The notes: generated by a model not told the origin, from the letters alone. 63,545 bases of DNA, filler included, from Octopus bimaculoides (GCF_001194135.2; 6 parts of 6 records of this genome joined end to end with filler, not necessarily neighbours in it); one strand, 5' to 3'. Shown: positions 1 to 14,160, numbered from the whole stretch's first letter. Program-made: numbers and translations.

Positions 1-52
<52 letters not shown>

Positions 53-58
53 TGTGTC
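1..58. repeat. (TG)n microsatellite
   Basis: Near-perfect TG dinucleotide run at the window start. Confidence 0.95.
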
Positions 59-454
59 ACTAAATGTGACTAGTGTGTTAGAAAATACGTATATTGCTTG
101 AAATAAGAGCTAAAATGCCCTAGTGCTGTGGTGAACGCGCATAAATTTAAACATATACACTAACAGAGATCTTAATCATCCAAAAAGTGCCTGTTTGTGT
201 GTGTTTGTATTTAAGCGTATTGACTACAGCATTAGAGCATTTTAGGTCTTATTTCTCGCAATGTAGTTATTTTCTAACACTCTAGGCACATTTTGTGGCA
301 ATTATAATTCTCACTTTTGGCGAAACATTGCAAATTACTGTTTCCGTTAATTCTATGTATACACATTAGCGAATCACTAAATCATCCATTGATTTCTATG
401 GCGGAAACGTATATACTAATAAAGAAGAGAGTTAGGCATGAGCCTACAAACTGT

Positions 455-487
<33 letters not shown>

Positions 488-750
488 AATATGGGACAAA
501 AACGCTAAATATACAGACAGTTAGGTGATACCAAAAAGGGACAACAAAACATCCAGACAGACGATACAAAGAAAACAGGGACATGTCATTTGGAGTTTTC
601 TTTCCTCAGTCGAGTTCCTGATTTTCTTTGCAATTTCGGCTGGTTATACTCGAGATTGCTCCCATCTGGCCAGCCCCAAGGTAAAACTAACCTAAGAGTA
701 CTAGATTCCTTGGAAGAATAGAAAGATTAATAGAGCCGTACAAAATTTAT
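488..750 (+). repeat. Dispersed repeat family X, copy A
   Basis: atgggacaa...cagacagttaggtgata..aaagggacaacaaaacatccaga...gatacaaagaaaac...ttccttggaagaa recurs at about 805-1000 (-, partial), 1395-1700 (-) and 60438-60725 (+). Confidence 0.85.
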
Positions 751-804
751 ATATACATATATATATATATAACACAAATAATAAATGAGTATATGCATAT
801 ATAC

Positions 805-1000
805 TTACATGTAAGAATCTTTTGTCCCCTTTTTGTATCACCTAACTGTCTGGATGTTTTGGGTTCTTGTCCCATTTTTTTAATTTTTTATATATAAACA
901 TATAGCGGCATACGTACACTTTGGTCTCTTATATGTAAAGATAAATATATATAAATCTTGTACGACTCTATTATTCCTTCTATTCTTTAATTCTTTCCTT
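805..1000 (-). repeat. Dispersed repeat family X, partial inverted copy B
   Basis: tttgtccccttttgtatcacctaactgtctggatgttttgggttcttgtcccat is the reverse complement of the head of copy A. Confidence 0.8.
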
Positions 1001-1394
1001 CCTTCTATCAGCCCCCTCACACTTCGTTCATTCCACTCTTCATTCTTTCGTTACCACTTTCTTATATTTCCTAGCCTTCGCTTCACGCTCACCTTCCCTC
1101 CTCTTTCACTTAACTCTGTCCCTTTCATTTTTTTTATCGCTCCTCCTTAATTCTTCTATCCCTCTGCCGCTTCAACCTCTCTCTCTTCTCTCCCCACGTG
1201 ACCGATGTTCGGCCAAGCCTGACCTTTCTTTCTTGATTCCTACCTGTGCCTATCAAATGTTATGTCCCTGCCGTAAAGCTTTACTTCCACACACACCAAC
1301 TTAATTTAATTCGTCCTTTGTAGAAAGACACCCGTTGTTAATATCCTGTTATTTGTATTTTTGTAACATGTCTCCGTTGTTTTCCCGTCCTTGT

Positions 1395-1698
1395 TTTCGC
1401 ATACCTTCACTGCTTTCTTCTAAGGAATCTAGTGTTCTTAGCTTAGTTTTTCCTTCAGGCTGGCCAGATTGGAGCAACTTCGAGTATAACCAGCCGAAAT
1501 TGCAAAGATAATCTGGAACTCGACTGAGGAAAGAAAACTCCGAATGACTCGTCCTTGTTTTCTTTGCATCGTCTTTCTGGATGTTTTGTTGTCCCTTTTT
1601 CGTATCACCTAACTGTCTGGATGTTTTGCGTTGTTGTTCCATTTTTATATTTTTATATATAAAAAAATATAGCAGTGTACCGACAATTTGGTCTCTTT

Positions 1699-1700
<2 letters not shown>
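1395..1700 (-). repeat. Dispersed repeat family X, copy C
   Basis: Reverse complement aligns with 488-750 along its length. The ORF 1349-1768 is a by-product of this repeat. Confidence 0.85.
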
Positions 1701-1731
<31 letters not shown>

Positions 1732-3203
1732 GCTCGTAATACATACATACACACATATATGCACACACACTAAATGTGAAATGTGAAATCTGTATATCCT
1801 AAACATGACGTTTCTACGTCATGTACAGACACATATATTCGTGTGTTTATATATTCATGTGTTTGGTAAGATTCACTGTTAATCACACACGTAGATTTAC
1901 AAATAATAGATATAATAATGTACTTTCATATAACTTATCTCGAACACTTAGTCCAACTAGCTTCCAACAACATCTCTTGATACCATAGTGTTTCATTCCT
2001 ACCTTTATTATGTGACATTTATTATAGATTTACTTATATTCTATTTAACTTCACTTAACTTTATTATCATCTCCAATCCAGTTGCAGTGCTATATTAACA
2101 TACTGTATTATGCTGCACTTCTTATTCCATAAATGTATTTTGCTTTATCCATTCGGTGATTCAAATTTTCAGAGTAGTTACACCGTTGTATTTGAATATG
2201 CATGCAACAAATACATATACATATTTGCATCTCTATTGAAACTTACTACTAAAATTTATTTTGTATCATGCTAACAATATATTACTTATGAGCATATCAA
2301 AATTTCTTAGTATTCTTAAAGCGTTTAGAAATAGTCCCAGTTTTTCAAAATGGAGTGAATTATGTTTCATATGTTCCCTATAGAAAAATACTCAATAGAG
2401 ATTCATTATATGATCCACATATTCTAAAATGTCAGATTAGTTACTCATATATAGAGACGAGCACATCTACTAGTTCCAGTATAAGACTTCTATTATTTTT
2501 TATTTTCTATAGATTAATTCATCTCCCAAGAAATCTGCTTCATGTAACCGAGTTTATTGTTAGTGTATACGTGTATCTCTATGTACGTGTATATATATAC
2601 GTGTACACTTATCTGTCTACAAATCTCTATGTGTGTGTTTGTGTGCGTGAAGATACTTGCTCCAAGTGCTTAGTCTTTTGTATTCCTGATCGAGCGACCG
2701 TGGTTTCAATTCCCTTACTGAGCAATGCGTTGGGAACTTAAGCACAGCATTTATCGTTTTATAGTTGTACTCCCCTCAGCTCTAAAAGGACAATACTATG
2801 ACAAACTAACTAAACGTTCAGGGAAAATGTTGGCCTGTTTTCCTAGCCAGGAAGGTGGAATCATTCAGATTAAGTTAATATGTGTATATATACGTGTACA
2901 CACACATACACACACACACGCACACACTCACACATACATACGTATATACATATACGAATTTAAATTAGAATATATAGATTCAAGTAATCTGGTAGCATTA
3001 ATAAAGAACACCTCTTCAATGTATCATTCTAAACATATAGTATACGTAGAACGATACAGGGAGAAACGTCGAGGAGTGGATAAAGGGGCGTATAAAGTTA
3101 CGAAACAATTTTTTCTTTATGTTTGAATTTTTTATAGTTTTTAGAAATAAATTTTCATCATATTTTTCTATCATTTACATATGTGTGCGTTAATATATAT
3201 ATA

Positions 3204-3630
3204 AGCAAGATTTCTATATATCTTAAATTTGCAGAAGAATTTGTTTTGCGGGCGGTCTAACTTAATGGTTCAGAGCAGCGCGACGCGTAATCAGGGAGGT
3301 GTGAGTTCGAGTCTAATAACCGGCCGCCAACAGTTTTTTTCTGCAAAATGGGGGTAGCTTATCCTGTTCAGGCTATATTGTTAGCATTATCCTGAGTTTG
3401 AGAATTTAAAATCACTTAAACTTTCTAAGACATCTCAAGGCTTCTAAAGTAAACTTTGTTTGTTTACGTTCATCGTAATTTGAATTTAATATATATATAT
3501 ATATAAGAACAAATAAATTACTGGCTGTATTTCTTTAACTACCACTGAAGAGATCCGACTTTCAAATAATTTTAAATTTTATTGATTAATTTTCTGAAGG
3601 CCTGGAATTGAAACACCTGTAAACGATGTT
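3204..3630 (+). mobile_element. tRNA-headed SINE-like repeat with a downstream hammerhead-like motif
   Basis: A-box-like TAACTTAATGGT and B-box-like GTGAGTTCGAGTCT at 3248-3329. Flanks (ttgcagaaga...tttttctgc...tttgtttgtttac) are shared with the copies at 44.2-44.86 kb. ACCA-CTGAAGA...GAAAC-ACCT-GTA at 3541-3621. Confidence 0.6.
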
Positions 3631-3789
3631 TGATAATTTTTTTAATTAAGAAAGAATAATTTATTAATTATCTCTCTATTTTCTCATCTTATTATAAATA
3701 TATTATTTTTCTGGTTTCTATGTTATCGGTTACAGCTCAAACCTGCAGTCATGCTTGAGCACCAACATTTTGAAACACTGTTATCATTA

Positions 3790-5660
3790 AGAGCCTCATC
3801 TGACATGAGGCATGCGAGGTAGGTTCGTATGGGACTCTCGACAGGTAGCGATCCAGTTTTGTTTAAACACACCTAAATCCACTTTGTGTAGGTCCTTCAG
3901 GCTCTTTGGGAGAATATTAAAACACCGTGGGCCCTTGAAACACAGGGTGTTGCAATAACTTTTCCCGCAGCGGGAAGGCATTGTTGGGATGTTAAGCACT
4001 GTGCAGTGCAACCCATTTGTGTAGCGTTCAAGCCAAAATTTGGCACAGTCCCTTCCAGATGTATATTCCTTCATATCCCTCCAACCTACGCGACGGTGAG
4101 TAGATTATTAGCTTTTCCAGCCTTTCGCAGTAGCTGAACTATTGCAATTAGAAGATATTCTTTGTGAAGATTCGCTGGATTGCTTCAAGTTATCTGCGAG
4201 GGAGCCTTCCTTCTGGAAGAGGGGTCTATTTTACAGCGTACTGTGGCTTTTACTTTGTTAATTTTAGAGTGTGGGGTGGACCATAGCTGGGAGAAGTAGT
4301 CCTGGCGACTGAGTACGAATGTCCCCCAGAGGACCATAATGGTTTCCTTCTCTCTAGTTCTGAAGCTTCTCAGGCTCCATCCAGGCAGCCGTCTGCCCTT
4401 CGTCGCCACCCTGGTAATGTGCACTTAGAAAGAGGTATCATCACTGATGTCGATACCCAGGTCCTGCAGTGATTTAGGTTCTGGAATTGTTATCGCCCGT
4501 GAGCCAGAGTACTCTGTATGCTTGTGTTCAGTTTTGAGTATTGGTAGCGTAGGGCTTGGAATTTTCCACCATTAAACTGCATATTATTGTCCTCGATCCA
4601 TGTGTAAATTGTGTCCAACTCCTGTTGCAGGCGTGCAACATCGCTAGGGTTTTGCATTTTCTGCGAGACTTTCGTATCGTTTGTGTACCTGGAAAAGGTG
4701 ACTACCCAGGCAGCTGAGGGCATATCATAGAGGGCCTCTATGAAAAGCAGTAGTTCCAAGACAGTGCCCCATGAAACACCACTCACTATTTGTGGTTCCT
4801 TTGAGGTGGCTCTATTTTTCACCACTGGCTGACTTCTATCTTTCAGAAAGTCATGTAACCATTCCCCAAGTTTTCCAGTTTTGCCTAGATTGCACAGTTT
4901 GTGAATTATCTAACCATGATAAAATTTATCAAAAGCTTTTGCAAAGTCAAGGTATATTACATCCACATCTGAGTTGTCGAGTAACTGCATCCACGCCTAG
5001 TGATAGTGCTGTAGGATCTGGGTCAGGCAGTTCCTACCTGGTCGAAAACCTTGCTGAGTATCACTCAGTAAGTCAATCTCTTCAAGAAATGTTATTAGAT
5101 TCCATATGACTATTCATTCGTTCCATGGCTTTGCTGATGTGTGAAGTCAAAGAGAAAGGCTTATAGACTTTGGCATCTGCTGTGCTTCCTCATTTATGGA
5201 TTGGGCATATTATTCCCTCTTTCAGGTTTCTTGGCAGCTAATCATTTGCAAGAAAACTCTGGAAGAGAATCTGTAGTGGTTTTGCTTGTGTACTTTTGCA
5301 TGATTTACTGAGGATAGCTGTGAAACCGTTAGAGCCAGCAGCTGATTTTGCGTCCACCTCATCTTTGGCTCGTATTATAGTCTATCGTTACTGTCTCGAT
5401 GGTTCAATTGTCTGTGTGCCAACGGGGCGGTAAAGATACCTTTGAAATGGTTATTCAGTACTTCACTGTATTCACGTTGGGATATATGCGAGGGAGCCAT
5501 CCTTCTGGAAGAGGTGTCCTAATTGCAGCGTACTGAGGTTGTTAATTTGATATAATAAAAGAAGGCTTTTGGGTTTGACCTAATGGTTTTTGTATAACTC
5601 AGATTTCATTGTCTGCTCTCTCGTTCACATAGGATTGCTATTGCTAGAGGCCTTTTGCAA
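3790..5660 (-). mobile_element. Degenerate CR1/L2-group non-LTR retrotransposon (RT and C-terminal region)
   Basis: Translations VSGVSWGTVLELLLFIEALYD (about SGVPQGSVLGPLLF..YINDL), SRYTNDTK (about FADDTK), LQQELDTIYTWIEDNNMQFNGGKF and NTLCFKGPRCFNILPKSL. Many stops and frameshifts. Confidence 0.8.
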
Positions 5661-6004
5661 TCTCGACCAGTGTTGCTTTTAGGCGGGACCTTTCACTACT
5701 TTTGGGATGTTGGTTAAAGCGATTCGCAACCTTCGTTCGTTGTCTCATGAGGATCTTTCCCTCCCTTGGAATATTTTTCTTTCTGTGTCGGTCTTGTGCT
5801 CTGCGACTTATTTTTGGCATGTGGCTTGCATAACATATACGGAATACTCAAATTTCATGCCAATACCTGGTGTGGAGAGACGTTTCAGTTATACCTGTAT
5901 GTATTTTGTTATAACTGTTTCTTTTTAAATAAATAAGTAGACATAATATTATGCCTAAAAGTTGATGAATACCACCTCTTAATAACCTCCATTTTCTTAT
6001 TAAC

Positions 6005-6072
<68 letters not shown>

Positions 6073-6335
6073 NNNNNNNNNNNNNNNNNNNNNNNNNNNN
6101 NNNNNNNNNNNNNNNNNNNNNNNNNNNNNNNNNNNNNNNNNNNNNNNNNNNNNNNNNNNNNNNNNNNNNNNNNNNNNNNNNNNNNNNNNNNNNNNNNNNN
6201 NNNNNNNNNNNNNNNNNNNNNNNNNNNNNNNNNNNNNNNNNNNNNNNNNNNNNNNNNNNNNNNNNNNNNNNNNNNNNNNNNNNNNNNNNNNNNNNNTATA
6301 CATAACTATATATACACGCAGACATATGTGTGTGT

Positions 6336-6409
<74 letters not shown>

Positions 6410-6411
<2 letters not shown>

Positions 6412-6720
6412 CTGGCATTTTCGACGTCGAGGGCTACAGTTGATCCGATCAACAGAGCCAACTGCTAGCGAAATTTAACGTGTAAGTGGTTGAGCATTTC
6501 ACAGTTGTGCGTATACTTAACGCAGATTCTCAAGGCGATTCAGCGTGACACAGAATGTGACAAGGCTGACCCTTTGAAATACAGGTACAACGCACTCTTT
6601 TCAGCTCAGAGGACTGCAGCAACGTGAAGTAAAGTTTCTTGCTAAAGAACACAACGCATTGCTGGGAATCGAACACACAAACTTATGATTACAAGTGGAA
6701 TACTCTATTCTTGAAGCTAC
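6410..6720 (-). mobile_element. tRNA-derived SINE
   Basis: Reverse complement carries a B-box-like gttcgattcccagcaatgcgttgtgttctttagcaagaaac head followed by a non-coding body ending at a (CA)n tract. Confidence 0.6.
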
Positions 6721-7496
6721 ATATATTTATGTACTTGTATGCATCTACACGCATCCGCTACTCTGCCCATTTGAACATACTTATTGTAATTCTATAACGC
6801 AATTGTTTTGATTACGAAGCACACTTTGTTAAAGTGTAGTATATTGGAGTATAAAAGTAGTAATCTCACTAATCTGTATTAAGATAATACGTCTTTCTCA
6901 TAATATTTGTGAGTGTATTAATACGAACTTGATGATATAAGCATGTGTATGTGTGTGAGTGAATGTTTGTGTATGCTGCATGTGTGAGTGTGTGTGTGTG
7001 TGTGTGTCTGTGTGTGTGTGCATAGTTGCATTTATCGATGAATATACTTGTGTATCGCATGTAAATATGATTGTGCAGCTGCACATATGATAAAAAGAAG
7101 GTGCACAGCAACATCATAGATTTCGTTTCCTTGCGTAGCTGACGCCTTTACTTAGCATATTAAAATCTCTGTTAAATATATCGTGTATTGTAATTTCTAC
7201 TATAGTCAGTTAACGCATATCTAATATCAACATCAATTCTATAGATTTTCATTGAGATATTTACATCCAATCTTTGTAATATTAAGATTAATTTCTTCGT
7301 CGTTAATCATTATGTACAGTTATTCAAACTCATGCAGTATTAAATCGGTATTCTTAACTAAATTATGCATCATAAGTTATGAAAGCTAATGGTGAGAATG
7401 TACTTTTCCATGGTTTTCCTTTTATCACTGTACAATCACAATAACTATAGGTGTAGGTGTATATGCATATATACATACGTATACACACACACACAT

Positions 7497-7537
<41 letters not shown>

Positions 7538-7571
7538 GCTACGTTCATATACACATATCTATACATATATA

Positions 7572-7612
<41 letters not shown>

Positions 7613-7622
7613 NNNNNNNNNN

Positions 7623-7690
<68 letters not shown>

Positions 7691-7811
7691 ATATATATAT
7701 AAATACATACATACACATATATATATACTATATATATACATATATATTCCTACACATATACCACGTTTATATAAACAGTCACGTGGATATATATATATAT
7801 AAATATATATA

Positions 7812-7845
<34 letters not shown>

Positions 7846-7858
7846 TATGTATGTGTGT

Positions 7859-7896
<38 letters not shown>

Positions 7897-8399
7897 ATAC
7901 ATCTACATGCATGCAAGCCTAATTACTATATTCAAGTGCATGCAGCAGAAGAAATAACTTCTCGAGCAATGCCCTTTATTAATGAGAATTTAAAAGCTAA
8001 ACGACTCAATAGAAAAAAAGCGATAGAAACGATTTTATTAATTCAATGCCGTTTTATTATTTTTTATCCTTCTTCTTAGATCTGTTAATTATATTTTCTC
8101 TATAATATGCTCGTTTTAATTATACACAAATATTCAGCAAAATATCAATATACAATAGTCTGTAAATAATACAAGTTATAATTTTAATCATAATAATCGA
8201 AATAATCCTTTCTAATTTTGGCCCGAAAACCAGAAATTTTGAAGGAAAGCAGCCAGTTGATTACATCGACCCTAAAACTTGACGGGTACCTTCGACCGCA
8301 GAAAGGTGGAAGATAAAATTGACCCCGGTGGTTTATCAATCGAGGTGACATATACGTTCGTTATCTTTACGCTGCCTTCCAAGATGGCTCCCACTCAGC

Positions 8400-9750
8400 A
8401 CGTTTAAAAGTGAAACAGGTATTCTTATTTGTAACGTCCTCCCTATTCCTATTCACATGAAGGTCCGAACCGAATAGTATCTTAAACAACTCAACAGGAC
8501 CATGCCGAGCTGTCATTCTGGCCACTGGCCCTGGTTAATTTCAGTACCTCTTATTATTTTAGGTGGTATTGACCACTTAAATTTGCGTGATGTCTGTTAG
8601 CATCGTTGATATCATCAACTTATACCGTCACAGTACTTCTGTATCTTATATCAATGCACCTCAACAGCTTCAATTTTCGCAGCAGTGGCTCTCAAATCAG
8701 GACAGACACCCTTGATGGGAGTATTGCATTAGCTGGAGCGTTTTCTTTGGGTGGCGATTCAATTTGACCGCAGAAAAGATGCTGTACATTGAATAGATGC
8801 GGCGTCTGAAGACGAGACTGAATCCCGCTACCATGACGACGGCCGATTAATAGCTTCTAATGGAATCTATGTTGAGCTGAATCCCATTAATATCATGGAT
8901 GCTACCTGCCCTCGCTAAACTGTATTGCATTGAGATGAAAGTTACCAGCGATAGGCCGGTTCGAGATTATTCACTCCTACACATTCTCGACTACGTTTTT
9001 AACAAGTGCAAAAAACAATTGATTAGAACTCCTTTGTTTCGGTCTTAATGCCTCAAAGCAACTACATCTTGGTCAACAGAACTGAAAATACACCATTGTG
9101 CTGCCATTTGAAACACTAATCAGCAGTGACATCGGTAAATATGTCTGGTGTTTTTGGTCGTTGCATGACTTACAAATCAAGAAATCTGCACCTCGTAAAA
9201 CCTAAGATGACGTTCTTTATCTTAGATGTTGATATCGGATTTTTCGCAACGCTCTGCATCTTCACTGGGAATCAAGACAGACCGTCAACGTTGGCTGTAG
9301 TATCAGTTACTGTAATGTCCAGTCCGTCATCCTGAACAGTTGAGTACTTCTTCGCGAATATTTGTTTGGCATCGAGTAGCACTCGCTTATCCGCATCCAA
9401 CAACACTGAATTTGTTTTATTTTCTTGTGTCTCTGCCATACGGATTTCGATAACGGATTTCCTTCACTTGTTTTGTGGATTACGTGTCTTAGCTCTGTCT
9501 ACGCAACCATTCAATTTTGCGGAGAACAATATTCTCGGGGCCTGTTCTCGCCATTAGTGCAAGCATATTAGTCACGTTACTTTTCCAAATCGCTTCTTTT
9601 GATTTACTCATTAATTCCCCATTTAATCTATTTGGTTCTACAATAATTTCTTTAACAAAACTTAGTGATTCTACAGTAATCATCCAATTTAGGACAGTCA
9701 CACCGTGTATTGTTGAATATTGTTCGTTAATGGCGCTTAATTAAAATGCT
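8400..9750 (-). mobile_element. Highly degenerate non-LTR retrotransposon RT relic
   Basis: In order on the - strand: PISTSKIKNVILGF, RPKTPDIF (KxPGxDG-like), EPAYRW*LSS (YRPISL-like), HQGCLS (QGCPLS-like), V*VDDI (YADD-like). Many stops. Confidence 0.45.
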
Positions 9751-10871
9751 AGACCATCACATACACACGCACACATGCATGTAAGTATATCTTTGTGTAT
9801 GTTTGTACGTGTTTGTGTGTGCGCATCTGTATATGCGTGTGGGCGTGCGTGTGTATGTGTGTATGTGTCTGTGTCTCTGTGTGTGTGTATTAATATTAAA
9901 TTAATGTGTGACCTTCATCTTTTACTGAGAACGTAGTGTAAATATAGTTTCTAGCGAGAATTTTCTAGCGTTCTCAATCATTCACGTACTTATATCGTTT
10001 TTGTGTGTGATGAGTTCACTGATGCAAGTGAAACAGATTGTTTTATTTTTATTATATAATAAAATTATTTTACAATTTTTAGCGAAAAGCCACGAGGTAA
10101 GATGATCATTCATTTCTAAATTATTCATTTACCTGAAAGCGATGTAACACATAGGAAACTATACGCATAACGAGCTGTAGAAGCAGTATCTACGAATTGA
10201 ATCTATTTGCTAAAAGTAGTAGTCAGACAAAATTCGGGGCATGCCATACACATAGGAAGAATAGATAAGGTAATGTAGCCCTTGCTACACACTTATCCAA
10301 GTGCAGGGAATTTAGAACTATAAGCCTTTGACAATATCTTTCCTTAAACTGGATGTCCTTTTCCAAGTTAACAATAATCGTAAACATGAATACAGTACTG
10401 TTCGTTACAAGCATTTTCAAATTGTGAACTAATATAACTATATGCAAAATAAATGTGAAATAAACAATACCAATTCATTATCACTTATGAGTTCTTACAA
10501 AGTTGAATAGACATCTATTTGCCTCTATAAATATACATGGATGTATTTGTGTTTGTGGGCGAGCGTGTACTCTTATATAGCTGATGTATGTTAAATGAAA
10601 GAACTTTATGCCATCATATTGACCTCACAGCAATATAAATTTGGGAACGTTGACAAATTGTTTTTCTTTTCTAATCTATATTATACATTTCAGCAGAAAT
10701 TAATTGAATTGAATTGAAACACTGCTTTACCCAGAGAGTATTGGTGAATGGATAAAATTATTTCGATTATTGTTATTGGTAATATTATTATTATTATCAT
10801 TGTTCTTCTAACATATATGTGTGCGCGCGTGTGTCTGTGTATGTGTGCATATTTCTCTCATACAATGTATG

Positions 10872-10914
<43 letters not shown>

Positions 10915-12486
10915 NNNNNNNNNNNNNNNNNNNNNNNNNNNNNNNNNNNNNNNNNNNNNNNNNNNNNNNNNNNNNNNNNNNNNNNNNNNNNNNNNNNNNN
11001 NNNNNNNNNNNNNNNNNNNNNNNNNNNNNNNNNNNNNNNNNNNNNNNNNNNNNNNNNNNNNNNNNNNNNNNNNNNNNNNNNNNNNNNNNNNNNNNNNNNN
11101 NNNNNNNNNNNNNNNNNNNNNNNNNNNNNNNNNNNNNNNNNNNNNNNNNNNNNNNNNNNNNNNNNNNNNNNNNNNNNNNNNNNNNNNNNNNNNNNNNNNN
11201 NNNNNNNNNNNNNNNNNNNNNNNNNNNNNNNNNNNNNNNNNNNNNNNNNNNNNNNNNNNNNNNNNNNNNNNNNNNNNNNNNNNNNNNNNNNNNNNNNNNN
11301 NNNNNNNNNNNNNNNNNNNNNNNNNNNNNNNNNNNNNNNNNNNNNNNNNNNNNNNNNNNNNNNNNNNNNNNNNNNNNNNNNNNNNNNNNNNNNNNNNNNN
11401 NNNNNNNNNNNNNNNNNNNNNNNNNNNNNNNNNNNNNNNNNNNNNNNNNNNNNNNNNNNNNNNNNNNNNNNNNNNNNNNNNNNNNNNNNNNNNNNNNNNN
11501 NNNNNNNNNNNNNNNNNNNNNNNNNNNNNNNNNNNNNNNNNNNNNNNNNNNNNNNNNNNNNNNNNNNNNNNNNNNNNNNNNNNNNNNNNNNNNNNNNNNN
11601 NNNNNNNNNNNNNNNNNNNNNNNNNNNNNNNNNNNNNNNNNNNNNNNNNNNNNNNNNNNNNNNNNNNNNNNNNNNNNNNNNNNNNNNNNNNNNNNNNNNN
11701 NNNNNNNNNNNNNNNNNNNNNNNNNNNNNNNNNNNNNNNNNNNNNNNNNNNNNNNNNNNNNNNNNNNNNNNNNNNNNNNNNNNNNNNNNNNNNNNNNNNN
11801 NNNNNNNNNNNNNNNNNNNNNNNNNNNNNNCGCTCTTCCGATCTATATATGTTCGTTTTTAGATGTATACATACACACGCATACATATATACACATATAC
11901 ACACACATACATATAGTTGTGCGTGTGTATGTGTGCATGTGTTACGTGTATGATTTCCAATAATCAACGAGGTTTTTTTTCTCCAAAGCGAATGCGTATT
12001 TAGGCGTGTAAGTGGATGTAGATGTACGTGTGGGTATATATGAAATATTATTTTTTTGTTTTCTTCTTAGCAATCATTGATATTTCGATAGAATGAATCG
12101 GTGGGGAAAAGAAAAGACAAAATCTGTATTGAAAATATCCGATGGAAATTTGTTTGGTCACGCGTAACACGATCACTAAATTAGATTCCAAGCGGTACTG
12201 ACGCAGTAATTGTAATACCACGTATATTCGTCCACACATAGGTAAGAAATACGACGTGTACATGCGCATTCTTGCAGAAAACCATATGTAGCAATCACCG
12301 TTCGCATGTGTATGTATGTGCAAATATGCATATAAATGTACACATTTATGTACATACACACACAGACAAACACACATGTATATAAACATATATATATATA
12401 TATAATTATATTCCTATGCATATGTGTGCGTGTGTATAGATGTGTGTGTCCTTGGGTGTGTATACATATACGTATATATTTATATA

Positions 12487-12530
<44 letters not shown>

Positions 12531-13529
12531 NNNNNNNNNNNNNNNNNNNNNNNNNNNNNNNNNNNNNNNNNNNNNNNNNNNNNNNNNNNNNNNNNNNNNN
12601 NNNNNNNNNNNNNNNNNNNNNNNNNNNNNNNNNNNNNNNNNNNNNNNNNNNNNNNNNNNNNNNNNNNNNNNNNNNNNNNNNNNNNNNNNNNNNNNNNNNN
12701 NNNNNNNNNNNNNNNNNNNNNNNNNNNNNNNNNNNNNNNNNNNNNNNNNNNNNNNNNNNNNNNNNNNNNNNNNNNNNNNNNNNNNNNNNNNNNNNNNNNN
12801 NNNNNNNNNNNNNNNNTATATATATATATACATGCGTTTGTTAGTATGTATGTATGTGTATATGTATGTATGTAATCTACTTGAATTGCTACGCCTATCA
12901 TATGACATATGACATCAACCAACGGGAAATAAATAATACGAAGATTTTGGAATTGGTAGAAAATAATGAACACTTATAGAATTATAGAATTATAGAATGC
13001 CGTGGTGATATTTAGCTTTTGTTGCCTTATTTTCATTTCACATTTATAATATTTATTCTGATTCTGATGTTATTGTCGTTGCTTTTCTTTTCAGTGTTAA
13101 GTATGAAGAAAACCCAGAAGTCCATAATTCGAAAAGATCTATATATTTTCAACCATCCATAAAACACGTTTCTACAGATTTGCACAATTGAAAATGAGAA
13201 TTCAATATCTTAACAATTGACAATATTAGATGGCAAAGATGATTTGATGGTGAATTCCCGATGAATGTTTCGTATCTTTTCAATGCACTTTGGCTACGTT
13301 GCAATCATTTAAATATCAATTCTTCAGTGTACCCATATGATAAATGAATATAAAACATCTTGCAGGTGTCATCTTTAAACAGAAGGTCACTATTTGTGAG
13401 GAGATGCGATCGTTCTATGTGTGGGGTTACTAGAGCACCATTAGCACTGCCAGTGACGCCACAATCACCAGCTCTAACAACAGCAACAACAGCAGCATTA
13501 AGAATAATAAGAAATAATTCACGAAAGCA

Positions 13530-14160
13530 GATGATGATGATGATGATGATGATGGCGACGACGACGACAACGACGACGAAAGAGGAGGAGAACGAGAAGG
13601 AGGAGGAGAACGAGAAGGAGGAGGAGAAAGAGAAGGATGAGGAGAAAGAGGAGGAGGAGAACGATAAGGAGGAGGAGAAAGAGAAGGAGGAGGATAATGA
13701 GAAGGAGGAGGAGAACGAGAAGGAGGAGGAGAACGAGAAGGAGGAGGAGAAAGAGAAGGAGGAGAAGAAGGAGGAGGTGGAGGAGAAAGAGAAGGAGTTG
13801 GAGAACGAGAAGGAGGAAGAGAAGAACGAGAAGGAGGAGGGGAACGAGAAAGAGGAGAAGAATGAGAAGGAGGAGGAGGAGAACGAGAAGGAGGAGGAGA
13901 ACGAGAAGGAGGAGTAGAACGAGAAGGAGGAGGAGAAGGAGAAGGAGGAGGAGGAGGAGGATAAGGAGAGGGAGGAGGAGAACGAGAAGGAGGAGGAGAA
14001 CGAGAAGGAGGAAGATAACGAGAAGGAGGAAGAGAACCAGAAGGAGGAGGAGAACGAGAAGGAGAAGGAGAAGGAGAAGAAAAGAGAAAAAGAAGAAGAA
14101 GAAGGAGGAGGAGAAGACGAAGAAGAAGAGGAAGAAGAACGAACGAAAGAAATGACGAAA
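13530..14160. repeat. GA-rich minisatellite (GAGAACGAGAAGGAGGAG-type units) plus (ATG)n/(ACG)n
   Basis: Tandem degenerate units of about 18 bp. It explains the E/K-rich, R-rich and S/P-rich ORFs in three frames. Confidence 0.9.

Noticed and set aside
10748-11967. Very long ORFs here and at about 5.8-6.5, 12.2-13.0, 23.3-24.3, 24.9-25.8, 28.3-29.2, 53.3-54.2 and 61.1-61.8 kb
   Set aside because: They run through N gaps, where stops cannot be seen, and through (TA)/(CA) microsatellites.
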